Shown here one piece after another: positions 9,045 through 19,761 of a stretch of 64,000 bases of DNA; the first letter of the stretch is position 1; every line of letters begins with the position of its first letter. The DNA lies in IMG/VR virus record IMGVR_UViG_3300029044_000314, positions 88,108 to 152,107 of that record; one strand, given 5' to 3'. The notes beneath the pieces are model-generated. The model was given only the letters and a program-made list of their open reading frames with translations. It had not been told where the DNA came from and did not search any database. Both the position numbers and the translations under genes were made by a program. This DNA is from a virus.

Positions 9045-9749
9045 TTATTCTTCCACCAGATTGATTTCAGACAGATAGTCGATGAGTTCCTGCACGACGC
9101 TGGAATATTCCTTGTTGTCGATTTCGGTTGTGCCGTACATGTTCTTGACGGCTTCACGTTCCGTGATGACGGTTTCGAACCGTGCGATGCCTTCCTCATC
9201 CAGTTCGCTGATGCTGTTCCGGGCGAGTTTCGTTCTCGGCTTCACGCGTGTCAACAGGACGATGCCGTTGCGTGCCGCCGCGTATGTGCGTCCCGCGTGG
9301 GTCAAATCGGATACGGATGGCTGGCATGGGATTATCACCACGTCGCCCGCGTTTATCGCCGCCTGTACCACTCCCGCGTCGGACGGTGGGGTGTCGATGA
9401 TGACCCAGCCTGAATATTTTTCGCGGATGAGTTCCGGATTGTTCAATACGGCTTCGTTGGTTTGCACGACGGGGAAGCCGAGCGTGTATGGTTTCGCGTC
9501 CGGATTGTCCTGTCTGCGTCTGCGGTTTTCCTGTTCGACGTACATTTCCCACATGGTCGCGCCGCCCGTGTTGTCGGAGTCCAAGACTGTGACTTGTTCC
9601 CCGCGTTTGTGCAATAGTTCGGCCAATGCCATTGATGTGGTTGTTTTTCCTGAACCGCCTTTGATGATTGCGACGGTGATGATGACCGTATGGTTTTTGA
9701 CTCTCATGTTCTGGTTTCCTTTTTCTGCTTCCGGTGTGGACGGAATCAT
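9045..9749 (-). CDS. parA: ParA-family partition ATPase
   Basis: Deviant Walker A KGGSGKTT; ParA/MinD-like length and layout; true start may be the internal MRVKNHTV. Confidence 0.75.
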   Translation of the reverse strand: MIPSTPEAEKGNQNMRVKNHTVIITVAIIKGGSGKTTTSMALAELLHKRGEQVTVLDSDNTGGATMWEMYVEQENRRRRQDNPDAKPYTLGFPVVQTNEAVLNNPELIREKYSGWVIIDTPPSDAGVVQAAINAGDVVIIPCQPSVSDLTHAGRTYAAARNGIVLLTRVKPRTKLARNSISELDEEGIARFETVITEREAVKNMYGTTEIDNKEYSSVVQELIDYLSEINLVEE

Positions 9750-9867
9750 GGTGGGGGTATGTTTTTTTGTTTCGATGATAACAACGGCGAAAAGTCGGCA
9801 CGCCGAACTGGAAAACCGTTCGGAGAAACATTCCAGTAAAACAATGGAACGGCGTACAGGTTTACAG

Positions 9868-9905
9868 GCGGAACAGAAAAACAGAAAGCCGCGTCCGCGA
9901 TGAAA
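9868..9905 (-). terminator. putative intrinsic terminator for the leftward operon ending at 9928
   Basis: GC hairpin (gaaagccg...cggctttc) followed by a T-run on the minus strand. Confidence 0.4.
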
Positions 9906-9927
9906 CGGATACGGCTTTCTTTCGTTT

Positions 9928-10281
9928 TTACTCGGTAGCAGTGAACACCAGTTTGCGAAGGAACTCCATGAACAGTGAACCGATATCAGGCATCTGGGCC
10001 GCGATATCCTTCATCCATTCACGCACGGGCAAACCCATGACCTCCAAGACACCGGTGATAATCCACACGAACAACAGGAACGCGCAGATGGTCAACGCGG
10101 TCATCAACGCGCGGGTGCTTTTCTGCAAGATGGCGAACACGACACTACCGGCGCAAATAATAATCATCAACAAAGTGAGGATTGCGCCCGTCGGCGTGAA
10201 CACCCAAGAGAAGAACACAGTGAGCACGTCACCCAACGTTCGTCCCGCAGTGTCAGCGGCTTGGTTTCCTACCTCTTCCAT
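9928..10281 (-). CDS. small polytopic membrane protein (transfer-system component)
   Basis: 117 aa, 3 hydrophobic helices. Confidence 0.4.
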   Translation of the reverse strand: MEEVGNQAADTAGRTLGDVLTVFFSWVFTPTGAILTLLMIIICAGSVVFAILQKSTRALMTALTICAFLLFVWIITGVLEVMGLPVREWMKDIAAQMPDIGSLFMEFLRKLVFTATE

Positions 10282-10384
10282 TTTTCTAATCTCCTTGACG
10301 TTGGAAGGTTTTTCGAAAGGGAAACCGGCGTCGAATGCTGTGGAAGATGATTAAAACATTCGACGCCGGATGGTCAAACCGACG

Positions 10385-13300
10385 TCACTTCATGAACGGC
10401 GGTTTGGGTGTCGGCTGTCCTCCGGTCGGCGGTTTCTTCATACGAAGATTGCCTACGGAGGGGAAACCTGTCAGGTTTGACGGGTTGGCGTCCACCGGCT
10501 GTTTGACGGTCGGGGAAGGTGTGGTTGGCGGTTGCATTCGAACCGACGGCTGTTGTCTTACCTGAGCTTGTGGCTGCGGTTGAGACTGCTGTCGCGGAGC
10601 TTGCGCCTGTACCGAACCCTGCTGTTGCGTCTGCCCGGAATCCACCGTGAATTTTCTACTCGGCTGAATTCCATTCGGGTTCATAGCCCGTTCGGCACCC
10701 GACGGCATCGTAGACCCCGGCAGTCCGGTCGTCGCGGTCCATTCCTCCTGAGCCATCCGCAAATGCTCCTCCGGAGACTGTTGCACCGGATTCTCGCGCA
10801 TGTACGCCTGTTGCAGTGAATTGTTCACCGATTCAGGCATCGGAGTCGCATTGTCGGTTGCCTTCTGCCAAGTGGAGGCGGAGGACACGGCGGCGTCCAT
10901 CGTTCCGGAGGGTAGGGTCTCACCAACAATCTCACCTGTCTCAGTGTTGTACACCGGCTGGTTGGCGTTCGTTTCGGGTTGAGCTGTCGCATTCTCATTA
11001 GGAGATTGATTGTTCTGGCGCATGTACGCTTGGACGGAATTATCGACTTCACCGGAGGAGACGGCCTCTTGGAACGCTTGTTCCGCTTCTTCTTGGGACA
11101 TGTGCTGGTTATCCACGAAGTCGGCCATCATTCCCTCACGAACCTGATTGAACGCGGACTGTTCGGTCAACACCGGAGCCTGTCCTTGAGCGTCGGCTGG
11201 AACCGATTCAGTTGGAGTGTCCACCGGAATCGTTTCCGTCTGACCGTCAGTCGGAATCGTCTCGGTCTGACCGTCAGTCGGAATAGGCGACGCGCCACCG
11301 GCACCACCGGTTTGGGTCGGGGCATTCGGAGTCGGAGCCGTCGGGGAAGGCATAGGACTGTCACCATCGGCGGAACCACCGTTACCGGTGCCGGAGAACG
11401 GAGACGACAACGGAGCGTCACCATTAGCCATGCCCAACACGTCGCGACGCCACTGGTCGCGTTTCCTCATACTGCCGGGAGCAGCGTTCCTGATGTCGCG
11501 GATTTTGTCCATCGCGGCTCCCGCACCCACCGCTAGGCCATGATGGAGGTTACGGTCGGTAGCTAGCTTTCCTGCGGCAATCAATCCCAACGGTGCGGTA
11601 ATCGGATTGGAGAACAAAGCTCCTGCGACAGCGGCTTTCGCGGCGACCTTCGCTCCGCGTGCGGCTACGTTACGCAAAGGAGCGCTCTTCGCGGCTCGTG
11701 CGGCGAAAGCGAGACCGGCACCGGCCATTGCGGCTCCGGCTCCGGCGACTCTTGCCGCGCCTTGAAGTTTGCGTCCGGCATTGTTCAGATGGTTCATCCT
11801 TTGTGCTTTGCGTTGCACATCGTTGAGGGACATGCCCGGGTGACGTTGAGCGATACTATGGGCGAACGCCTCCGTATTGTCCTCTCCATGGAACTTGGAA
11901 ACGGCTTCGTTCAACCGTCCCTTGAACTTGCCCGTGGAATCCTCAAAATGGAGTTTCGTACCGGCAAGACTTCCTCTCACCGTGCTCTTGTCCATTCGTG
12001 CCCAGTTCTTGCTTCCGCGTCCACGCGTCTGAATCGCCTCGAACTCCTTGGCGTTACGATTCATCAGATTCCTATCGCCCTGACTCAACGAATCCTGTTG
12101 CGCGCGGCTCATCTTGCTCAGGACGGTCGCGCTTTGACGTGCTCCGTTATGGGCCATGCCAGCGCCGGTACCGTTCGTGGACAAACGTCCGACACCATTG
12201 CCGCCACGACGGAATCCGCCACGCATGGCGCGAATCATACGGTACTGTCCAATCATGTGCATTCCCTTGCGAAGACCGGACGCCATTGCGGTTCCACCCG
12301 CCATTCCCATGAGAGCGTTGACGCTGAACGGATTACCACACTTCAACACTTTCGAACAGAACATGCCGATTGCGGCGAGAGCCAACACCGGACTCAATCC
12401 CGCAATCAACTGGTAGGTGAACGAACCACTGCTGGCAGAGGTGAACTTCAACGTCAGGCCACAAATGAATGTTGCGAGAGCGCCGAGCGCACCGTACAAC
12501 GCTCCTACCATACTCAACTGGCAGGTGTACGTCGCCCAGTTCTTCAACGCCGTCTTCGGCTTCTCGCCAATCGGGAACGCTTGGACAAGGAACGTGACCA
12601 CGAGGAACAACGCCATCATTATCAGCATGAGCTTCGTCAGTATTAGAACAAGGCTCAACAATCCCCAGACCACGAGATTGACGATGCCTCCGATAAGTGT
12701 TCCGCAAGCACCCAACGTATCGACGTTGTTGTTGCCATACATGTAGTCGATGGTTTTCTTCGCACCGCCCGTGACCGTGGAATCATCCTGAGCGTCACGA
12801 AGATTCGCCTCACTCCAAGTTCCGGAAACGTTCGGCACGTCGAAACGCCATCCGACCGTGGCGGAGTCGCCCCAGTTGGTGTCGTTCTGCTGGTCTTTAT
12901 ATGTTCCGTCATCCTCCTTGTTGATATCGGTGGAACGGGAGAAGATTACGGAACCCTGTTTGAGAATCGTCTGGCAGACCGAAGTGGCCTGTTGGATGGT
13001 TTCGTCTTCGCTGCCGTTCTGTTTCGCGTCCATCACGCCTTTGCCACCGTTGGTCGGTTTCACATTGTCCAAGTCGTCAATTTTGACGCGTACTTTCGTA
13101 CTGCCGTTCTTGATGTTCTTGGTTCCTGTGTCACCGAGATTGTTGATGAGTGTCGCCCATCCGGCTCGCGCGTAGATTTCCTGATTGCGTTTCGTGCCAC
13201 AGGTTTCCCAGAACACGCCCGCACGGCTGAGATATGTCGCGTTCTCCCTTTCCAACGGCTTGTCGGTGAAGTAAGGATTACGCGGGTCTACCCAACCGTC

Positions 13301-14416
13301 CACGGAGAACAGCCATTTGGCTCGCTGGTCGCTGATGTGCAACGCCATGGCCTTGTTGGTCAAATCCTTCTGGATGGTCGTGTTCGTGTTGGCTTTCATC
13401 TCCAACACGTGGCAGTAACCTTGCCGGGCGTTTTCCGCGATACGGAACGAGGATGTTCCGGTGGTCTGCGGGTTTCCGTACTGCATGGTCACGAACGAGC
13501 GAAGGGAGGTCTCCTCCCAAATACGGTTGATGGCCTTGGTGACGTTGCTTGTATCCTGATTGCCGTTGGACTTCGCCTGTTCGTCATATGCCTGATGCAT
13601 GAAGTACAGGTAATCCTGACAATTGGTTTTCGCACCGTTCGCCGCATGATGGTAGGACATCATGTTTTTATCACTGTCGGCCATACCGTCAAGGTCGAGG
13701 TTGACCGAAAGCTTGTTGATGGTGTTGTTGATTGTCTGCACGACCCACCATGGGCTTCCGGTCGCCGGTTCTGTGGCGTTCTTCCCGGTCTTGGCCGCTC
13801 CAGCTCCAAGCATCGTGATTGAAGCGAAGCAGAGAACCATGATGACGATTCGTTTGCTCGCCTCTTTGACGGTGCCGATTTGGAATCCAGCCGCGCCAAC
13901 CCAAGCCACGATGCCGAGCACTGCGATGGTGGCGGGGATGCCGCCGTCCATCAGACTTGTCACCATGGTGGACACTGCGGAGTCGATGTTCGCACCAGCC
14001 TGTTTCATTGGCTCGAACGAAGCGGCGAACTGGCTGATGGACAATGCGGAAGACCAGCAGACCTGAGTCAACTGCATCAGAATGTTGGGAAGGACGATAT
14101 GGGTCTGCGAGCTGATGGTCTGCTTGACGTTCGAGAACCAACCGGCGACATCGCTGCCACTGTACGGTTCCGTACGCGAAGTGATTTCCCCAACGTAGTT
14201 TCCCCAACGTCCGGAAGGAAGACAACTAGAGATGTCTGATGTAGCACTGTCAGTTCCACCGTTGGCGCATGTTATCGTCGTGGTCGAATCGTTGACCTGT
14301 GCGGCGAACACGCTGGACGGCAAGACGAACAATGTCATGACCACGCACAACATCAGAATGACGAGCAGGTTCCTTCTACCCGCCCGTTTCACTGGGTCTC
14401 GATATTTTGTATTCAA
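10385..14416 (-). CDS. VirB6/TrbL-like polytopic conjugal transfer membrane protein with long low-complexity C-terminal extension
   Basis: 1343 aa; signal/TM, at least 8 predicted TM helices in the N-terminal 700 aa, then a G/A-rich and Q/P/T-rich tail with a tandem PTDGQTETI repeat; architecture resembles Gram-positive VirB6-like proteins (TcpH/ConG type). Confidence 0.45.
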   Translation of the reverse strand: MNTKYRDPVKRAGRRNLLVILMLCVVMTLFVLPSSVFAAQVNDSTTTITCANGGTDSATSDISSCLPSGRWGNYVGEITSRTEPYSGSDVAGWFSNVKQTISSQTHIVLPNILMQLTQVCWSSALSISQFAASFEPMKQAGANIDSAVSTMVTSLMDGGIPATIAVLGIVAWVGAAGFQIGTVKEASKRIVIMVLCFASITMLGAGAAKTGKNATEPATGSPWWVVQTINNTINKLSVNLDLDGMADSDKNMMSYHHAANGAKTNCQDYLYFMHQAYDEQAKSNGNQDTSNVTKAINRIWEETSLRSFVTMQYGNPQTTGTSSFRIAENARQGYCHVLEMKANTNTTIQKDLTNKAMALHISDQRAKWLFSVDGWVDPRNPYFTDKPLERENATYLSRAGVFWETCGTKRNQEIYARAGWATLINNLGDTGTKNIKNGSTKVRVKIDDLDNVKPTNGGKGVMDAKQNGSEDETIQQATSVCQTILKQGSVIFSRSTDINKEDDGTYKDQQNDTNWGDSATVGWRFDVPNVSGTWSEANLRDAQDDSTVTGGAKKTIDYMYGNNNVDTLGACGTLIGGIVNLVVWGLLSLVLILTKLMLIMMALFLVVTFLVQAFPIGEKPKTALKNWATYTCQLSMVGALYGALGALATFICGLTLKFTSASSGSFTYQLIAGLSPVLALAAIGMFCSKVLKCGNPFSVNALMGMAGGTAMASGLRKGMHMIGQYRMIRAMRGGFRRGGNGVGRLSTNGTGAGMAHNGARQSATVLSKMSRAQQDSLSQGDRNLMNRNAKEFEAIQTRGRGSKNWARMDKSTVRGSLAGTKLHFEDSTGKFKGRLNEAVSKFHGEDNTEAFAHSIAQRHPGMSLNDVQRKAQRMNHLNNAGRKLQGAARVAGAGAAMAGAGLAFAARAAKSAPLRNVAARGAKVAAKAAVAGALFSNPITAPLGLIAAGKLATDRNLHHGLAVGAGAAMDKIRDIRNAAPGSMRKRDQWRRDVLGMANGDAPLSSPFSGTGNGGSADGDSPMPSPTAPTPNAPTQTGGAGGASPIPTDGQTETIPTDGQTETIPVDTPTESVPADAQGQAPVLTEQSAFNQVREGMMADFVDNQHMSQEEAEQAFQEAVSSGEVDNSVQAYMRQNNQSPNENATAQPETNANQPVYNTETGEIVGETLPSGTMDAAVSSASTWQKATDNATPMPESVNNSLQQAYMRENPVQQSPEEHLRMAQEEWTATTGLPGSTMPSGAERAMNPNGIQPSRKFTVDSGQTQQQGSVQAQAPRQQSQPQPQAQVRQQPSVRMQPPTTPSPTVKQPVDANPSNLTGFPSVGNLRMKKPPTGGQPTPKPPFMK

Positions 14417-14835
14417 CGGATTTCCATTTCTTGAAGGTCGATAATGTTTTCCGGCTGAGTGGAATTCGGGTAGAAGACCTGCCCTTCAATCTTGCGGCTC
14501 TTCATATCCTGCAAGGTTCTCTTCCACCGTGTCTGTTGGGTGCGGTCTCTAATGGTGCCGACTGCGAAGAACGGAGCCAGTATTCCGCCCAACAGTACGA
14601 AGAACGAGCTGAACATGTATCCGAGCAACGGAGCGAATATGAGGCAAAGAGCCAAGCCCGCCAATGCGCCGACGATAACGGAGAACACGGTTTTGGAACG
14701 GGCCTCAGTGTTCTTGGTTATCTGGAACGTGTTCTTCCGTTCGATTTCCTCCGGGCCGGACACTTCCGTGATGTCGTCCATCGTCAACCTCGGATGCAAG
14801 GGACCTTTGTATCCTTCGTCTTCCTCATCGCTCAT
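14413..14835 (-). CDS. small membrane protein (VirB3-like?)
   Basis: 140 aa, two central TM helices, overlaps the neighbouring gene by 4 nt. Confidence 0.35.
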   Translation of the reverse strand: MSDEEDEGYKGPLHPRLTMDDITEVSGPEEIERKNTFQITKNTEARSKTVFSVIVGALAGLALCLIFAPLLGYMFSSFFVLLGGILAPFFAVGTIRDRTQQTRWKRTLQDMKSRKIEGQVFYPNSTQPENIIDLQEMEIR

Positions 14836-14940
14836 GATTCAACTCTTTTCGTACGTAAGGTTCTTAAAAGAAAACCGGAGTGGGAACAGAACCGGAAAGG
14901 TCCTCTTCGCATATCCACTCCGGTTTTCCTTCTGCGGATG

Positions 14941-15285
14941 TCAGATTCCCAGATAGGTCTTTCCACTGCTGCCCAACGCGTCAACGAACCAGTCAATCAA
15001 CTTAAGAATTGCCGGAATGGTGATGGTCGGGCCAGCGAGAATGAATCCGACTGCGAGGACGACGAGAACACGACCGATGGTCGGGCAGAACATCTGCACG
15101 ACTTTGTTCTGACGTCCCAACGCCTTGCAAATGCCACCGACGGTCAGGCCGAGTGCGAGAAGCACTGCGGCGGCAAGACCGATGTTGGTCAACACGGTTC
15201 CCGCGCTACTGCTCAAAATGGTGTCGAACATCTTATGATAGGTGCTCTCAAGGCTGCTTCCAGCCAAGGTAATGGTTCCACCCAT
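14941..15285 (-). CDS. small hydrophobic pilin-like protein (VirB2/TrbC-like?)
   Basis: 114 aa, two long hydrophobic helices. Confidence 0.35.
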   Translation of the reverse strand: MGGTITLAGSSLESTYHKMFDTILSSSAGTVLTNIGLAAAVLLALGLTVGGICKALGRQNKVVQMFCPTIGRVLVVLAVGFILAGPTITIPAILKLIDWFVDALGSSGKTYLGI

Positions 15286-15451
15286 TTTTTGAGTTCCCTT
15301 TCGTTTTCCAAACGGAACTCTCCTGCATTTTTCATCCTATCAACCTACGCGGTTGTTTCCAGTCATAGCGAGGTTTTTAGGTTAAAAAAATCCGTCCGGA
15401 AGTTGAAAGTTCCGAACGGATTCTGAAAAGCGATATGATGAACGCTAAAAA

Positions 15452-18112
15452 CTAGTCATCATCATCCATGTCACCATTGCGATAACCGTTATCGAAATCG
15501 TTCACATGAACAAGGAACGTCGGTTGCAACTGTTCTTGGGTTCGAGTGCGAACAGCCGCCGCATAACGTGGAAGATTCATCACCGCGCCCGAACGCCAAC
15601 CATCCTCACCATCATTGTTCGTCAAACGTTTCGCCGTCATATCGGCAATACGCGGAATCGTCGTATTGTATGTGATGAACGTCGAATAGCCGATGAACGA
15701 ATCCAACATCGCGTCGGACAACTGGGTCGGATACTGGGTGGCGAACACGAGAAGAAGACCGAACGAACGACCCTGCTCACGCAACGCGGGCATGATACCG
15801 TCATTGCCGTTAGCCAACAGGCTCAACTCGTCGCATACGAGCATCGTCCACTTGCCAGCCTTGTCCCAATCCTTGCAATGCGCGAACACCGTATTCCAGA
15901 AACGGTACATGAGCCAGCCGCCGAGAATCTTATCCATACGTTCCGGCAACGAATAACCATTATGCGGTGCGAGCACAATGTGATAATCGCCAGCATGGTC
16001 GAGAATGTTCGTCCAAGTCACCTTGCCGCGACGTGCCGTGAACATGTGTTCGATGGGAAGGAACTGGTTCACCTTGTTCAACGAGGCGTTCGTCTTGGCG
16101 AGAATGTCACGGTCGGAACGAACCGTATGACCAGCCGCGTCCGGACGGCCATATAATTGCTCGGCGGCACGGGCGGCATACGTCATCTCCTCGAACATGT
16201 AGCCACTCTTCAATTCCATGCTCAACGCGCGGCACACATGACCCAACGCTTTCGCGGAACCGGCCTGACCGTCGGAACCGCATAATGCGACGACGGCCCA
16301 TCCGATTGGACTCAACTGCATTCGCAACTGTTCCGCACCCGGATACGATTGTTCGAGCTGATGGCAACGTTTCACAATCTCGCTTTCCCAATCCTTGTTC
16401 GCGGATTCGGGATTATGCTTACGCTCCTCCTGCACGTAACGGTCAACCGCCACGCCGATGGTCAACGCTTGGGTGATGATGTTCTGCGAGTCGTTCAGAA
16501 TATCACCGTCATCGAACGAGTAACGCATGGTCTTCGCCACGCTCGCCGCAGTCTCCATCGCATTGTTCCCGTCCTTCATGCCAAGCATGTCCAAGCACAC
16601 ACTGTTCGGGTCTGCCAAATAGACGACGCGTTGCGGACTGGTGAAACCGTGACGTTTGCGATAACGTTCCAACACGTTAACACCGGTATCATCCTTCATC
16701 CAAAAATGGATGATACGGGAGTCGCGTCCCCAGATTTTCGGACTGGTGGTCTCGCGTGCGCTGATGGCCCACTGGCTGATGCCATGGGTGAGCACGGTCT
16801 TACCGGAACCGGCCTCGCCGTTGATGGCGATACCGCCGAACAATTGCGACGGGTCGAGATAACAGTTACGTCCCGTATCATCCTTCCCAAGGAAGATGCC
16901 ATCATGCGACAATACTTCCGGAACCGGATGCAACTCCTGTTTCATCGCCACTCCCTGAGTGACCGGAGTGAACACGGAACTTACGATAATCGGGGAAAGA
17001 ATCAACGTGGTACGTTGCGCACCATAAGCCGACACGCGCTCCTTATGAGTGCGCACGCCAAGACGGGTCTGATTATCGGACTCGTTCGCGCCACGGTCGT
17101 TCGCAATCGCATAATATCTGCGTGGCGTTTGGAAAATGTCATCCCACAACGTCCAATTCTTCCAACGGATGAACGCGAAGACAAGAAGCGGAACGAAAAG
17201 AATCGGAATGAATGTCGGAAGCGGAAGCAATCCCAACAGTAGGTAAAGCATGAGCGCCACCGCTCCACCGGCAATCTGAGGTCGCGGAATGTAAACGAAC
17301 GGAATGCACGACAACAGCATGAGGAACAGGAACACGACCAACGTCACCGCAAGCAACGGAAGCGCGATTCCGAAACCCCAAGCGGAATGGAACAATGGGA
17401 AAACCCCATCCATCACGTATCCTCTTGCAAGACTGCACACACTCCAAATCACGGACAACACTTCCAACAGCATGCTGACGAACAGCAAACCGAATTTCGG
17501 ACGGCTCGCATGACTGGACATGTTGGATATGAGCGGGCAGATGATTTGACCAATCTTCTGCGCAAGCTGTCGGTTACGGGAAGCCTGACGGCAACCGAAA
17601 CTCACACGGGCGCACATCGTGTTGGTTGAAGCGAGTTCGCTTGAATCCTCGACCGCATTGTATTCGTCGCTAATCCAATTGCGAATACGAATCTGCTCGA
17701 AGTATCCCTGATTGCGAAGGGTGATGCTCACGTAACTGTCCGGCGGCATGACCTTCTCGATGCTTGTACGAACGCCGGAATAGTTCGTTCGCATTTTCTC
17801 CATGTTGCTTTTCGAGTTCAACCGGGCACGGAACGGGATGAGAGGATGTGCCGCACTGTTCACACCGTCCGGCAACACCGGCCCGTCGTCGTCTTCGACC
17901 AATTTCGCGTCGAATCCAGCCAACTGTCCGGCGTTGATGATTCCCTCGCCGTCGCCGTAAATGTATTCCTTGACCGGCTCCTCGCCCTTCTTGATGAGGA
18001 GAAGGGTGCAACCATCCAGTTCGGCTGGAATGCTTTCCATTTTCGAACGTTGCTCGTCCGCGTCAAGCTGTTGCAATGTTCTGGTTATCTGATACCAGTT
18101 CGGATTACCCAT
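15452..18112 (-). CDS. membrane-anchored P-loop translocase ATPase (FtsK/VirD4/VirB4 superfamily)
   Basis: 886 aa; 4 TM helices around residues 190-330; Walker A GEAGSGKT, Walker B MLVCDELSLL, then FATQYPTQL. Confidence 0.65.
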   Translation of the reverse strand: MGNPNWYQITRTLQQLDADEQRSKMESIPAELDGCTLLLIKKGEEPVKEYIYGDGEGIINAGQLAGFDAKLVEDDDGPVLPDGVNSAAHPLIPFRARLNSKSNMEKMRTNYSGVRTSIEKVMPPDSYVSITLRNQGYFEQIRIRNWISDEYNAVEDSSELASTNTMCARVSFGCRQASRNRQLAQKIGQIICPLISNMSSHASRPKFGLLFVSMLLEVLSVIWSVCSLARGYVMDGVFPLFHSAWGFGIALPLLAVTLVVFLFLMLLSCIPFVYIPRPQIAGGAVALMLYLLLGLLPLPTFIPILFVPLLVFAFIRWKNWTLWDDIFQTPRRYYAIANDRGANESDNQTRLGVRTHKERVSAYGAQRTTLILSPIIVSSVFTPVTQGVAMKQELHPVPEVLSHDGIFLGKDDTGRNCYLDPSQLFGGIAINGEAGSGKTVLTHGISQWAISARETTSPKIWGRDSRIIHFWMKDDTGVNVLERYRKRHGFTSPQRVVYLADPNSVCLDMLGMKDGNNAMETAASVAKTMRYSFDDGDILNDSQNIITQALTIGVAVDRYVQEERKHNPESANKDWESEIVKRCHQLEQSYPGAEQLRMQLSPIGWAVVALCGSDGQAGSAKALGHVCRALSMELKSGYMFEEMTYAARAAEQLYGRPDAAGHTVRSDRDILAKTNASLNKVNQFLPIEHMFTARRGKVTWTNILDHAGDYHIVLAPHNGYSLPERMDKILGGWLMYRFWNTVFAHCKDWDKAGKWTMLVCDELSLLANGNDGIMPALREQGRSFGLLLVFATQYPTQLSDAMLDSFIGYSTFITYNTTIPRIADMTAKRLTNNDGEDGWRSGAVMNLPRYAAAVRTRTQEQLQPTFLVHVNDFDNGYRNGDMDDDD

Positions 18113-18137
18113 GTTTTACCTTCCTTTCCTTTTTTGT

Positions 18138-18647
18138 TTAATCATTCGTGCTCTGCTGATACAACTGCGCGTATGGGAAACCTTCCGGCTTCTGGAAAGT
18201 GGAAAGCTTCTCACGTAACGACAATTGGAGAAGCCATGTAGTCATACGGACGGTTTTCTCCTTCGACTCCAAAGCCCAACCCAATGTCACGTAACCGTCG
18301 TTCACGCTCGAATCATCGTTGATGGTTTCACGCATGACGCGGATTGTTTTGTTCGCAATCCGCCGGGAAGTGTTGAACATTATCGAATCCAATTGCCAGA
18401 GTCGTATCTTCCGTAATGCGGGAACACGTTGCATGTTCGCCATCAGAAACGGAATGACCAAATGTCTACGTCCCGTCTCACATAATGTCTGAACCTGTTG
18501 CAAAGCCCGCGCACGTTCCAATCTTGCTACATCCAACGCGTCCTGCGTCTGTTGGAATGATTCCTCAGTGGAGACCATCGCAATCCTTTCCAATGAAACC
18601 GTAGAAACCGCCACGGTACGCTTCCGGCATTGTCCAACCGGAAACAT
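18138..18647 (-). CDS. hypothetical protein
   Basis: 169-aa ORF; overlaps the upstream gene, so the true start may be internal. Confidence 0.3.
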   Translation of the reverse strand: MFPVGQCRKRTVAVSTVSLERIAMVSTEESFQQTQDALDVARLERARALQQVQTLCETGRRHLVIPFLMANMQRVPALRKIRLWQLDSIMFNTSRRIANKTIRVMRETINDDSSVNDGYVTLGWALESKEKTVRMTTWLLQLSLREKLSTFQKPEGFPYAQLYQQSTND

Positions 18648-19761
18648 CCCAACCCCAATCCTTCTTTATGATGTCTCGCGTCACGTCCCAACCCCATTCG
18701 CTGACTTTGCGAACGTCACGAACCTGCGGAGTATATTGCGCCCACTCGTCGGAGAAAATGTTGCGTCGTGTTCCACTCATATCCGTATAGTCACCGAACC
18801 TGTCGGTCGGCATCCCATGCTCGAACCATTCGTCCCAGACCGCGATTCCCATTCGTTGCGACACGGTAGGATTGCCCACGACCATTTCCGTCATGCCTTG
18901 CGTGCGTTGTACCACCGCGTTGAACGATTCGTAACCTTCGTTTGCCTTCGGTATCTGCAACCATACGCAGATGAGTCCGCGACGCTTCATCGGAGAATAG
19001 GCGAGCATCTTAGCCCAGTTCTGCATCTTCTTATCCAATTCGCTGTTGGACGTTTGGATTTCGATACCCGCCAACACATTGTTCCGGCACAACGTCACCA
19101 CGTCGGTCGCGCAAGCCTTGCCGACCTTCGACTCGGCAACAGCCTGTGGGTCAACGCTACGGAATTTTCCCCAACCATCACCGGATGAGAATTTCACACG
19201 TGAATCGCGTGCCAACATCAATCCCGCGTGCGCCGCATAAGTGTTATGCCGAACATGGAAACGATTCCCCGCGTAATAGGAAACCGCCATCGTCTCACGC
19301 ATCCACTTTTCCATCCCGTACAATTTCATCGCACGGTTGATAAGACGTGGACTGTTCGACGGTGAAAGCCAAACATGATTCACGGTCTGACCGTACAATC
19401 GTTCCGCCTGACTGAAACCGACGTTGATGATTCCCAAACGGTTCATCGCACCATACAGGTTCGGTTCGTCACGTTCGAAAGCGGGAGCGCCTTTGATGGA
19501 AAGTCCCGCACGTAGTTGGTCAACCGTGCATGTCTTCCAAGTGAACAATGCGCCGAGGATACTCGAAACGAGTTCGCTGTTCGCTTTCACCATTGTCTCC
19601 GCGAACAGTTTGTTCGCAACGAACCACGGGTGGGTCTGCGCGAACAATCCGGGATGCTCCATCTCGAACATGTCGTTGCCTTTATACCAGTCGGCAATGC
19701 TTCCGGTCTTCCAAAGATTCTCGTCGTTCGGGTCGAAAAGAAAACGGTCATCGAATGTCAC
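18565..19761 (-). CDS. hypothetical protein
   Basis: 398-aa ORF with ordinary composition, within the transfer operon. Confidence 0.45.
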   Translation of the reverse strand: MTFDDRFLFDPNDENLWKTGSIADWYKGNDMFEMEHPGLFAQTHPWFVANKLFAETMVKANSELVSSILGALFTWKTCTVDQLRAGLSIKGAPAFERDEPNLYGAMNRLGIINVGFSQAERLYGQTVNHVWLSPSNSPRLINRAMKLYGMEKWMRETMAVSYYAGNRFHVRHNTYAAHAGLMLARDSRVKFSSGDGWGKFRSVDPQAVAESKVGKACATDVVTLCRNNVLAGIEIQTSNSELDKKMQNWAKMLAYSPMKRRGLICVWLQIPKANEGYESFNAVVQRTQGMTEMVVGNPTVSQRMGIAVWDEWFEHGMPTDRFGDYTDMSGTRRNIFSDEWAQYTPQVRDVRKVSEWGWDVTRDIIKKDWGWDVSGWTMPEAYRGGFYGFIGKDCDGLH

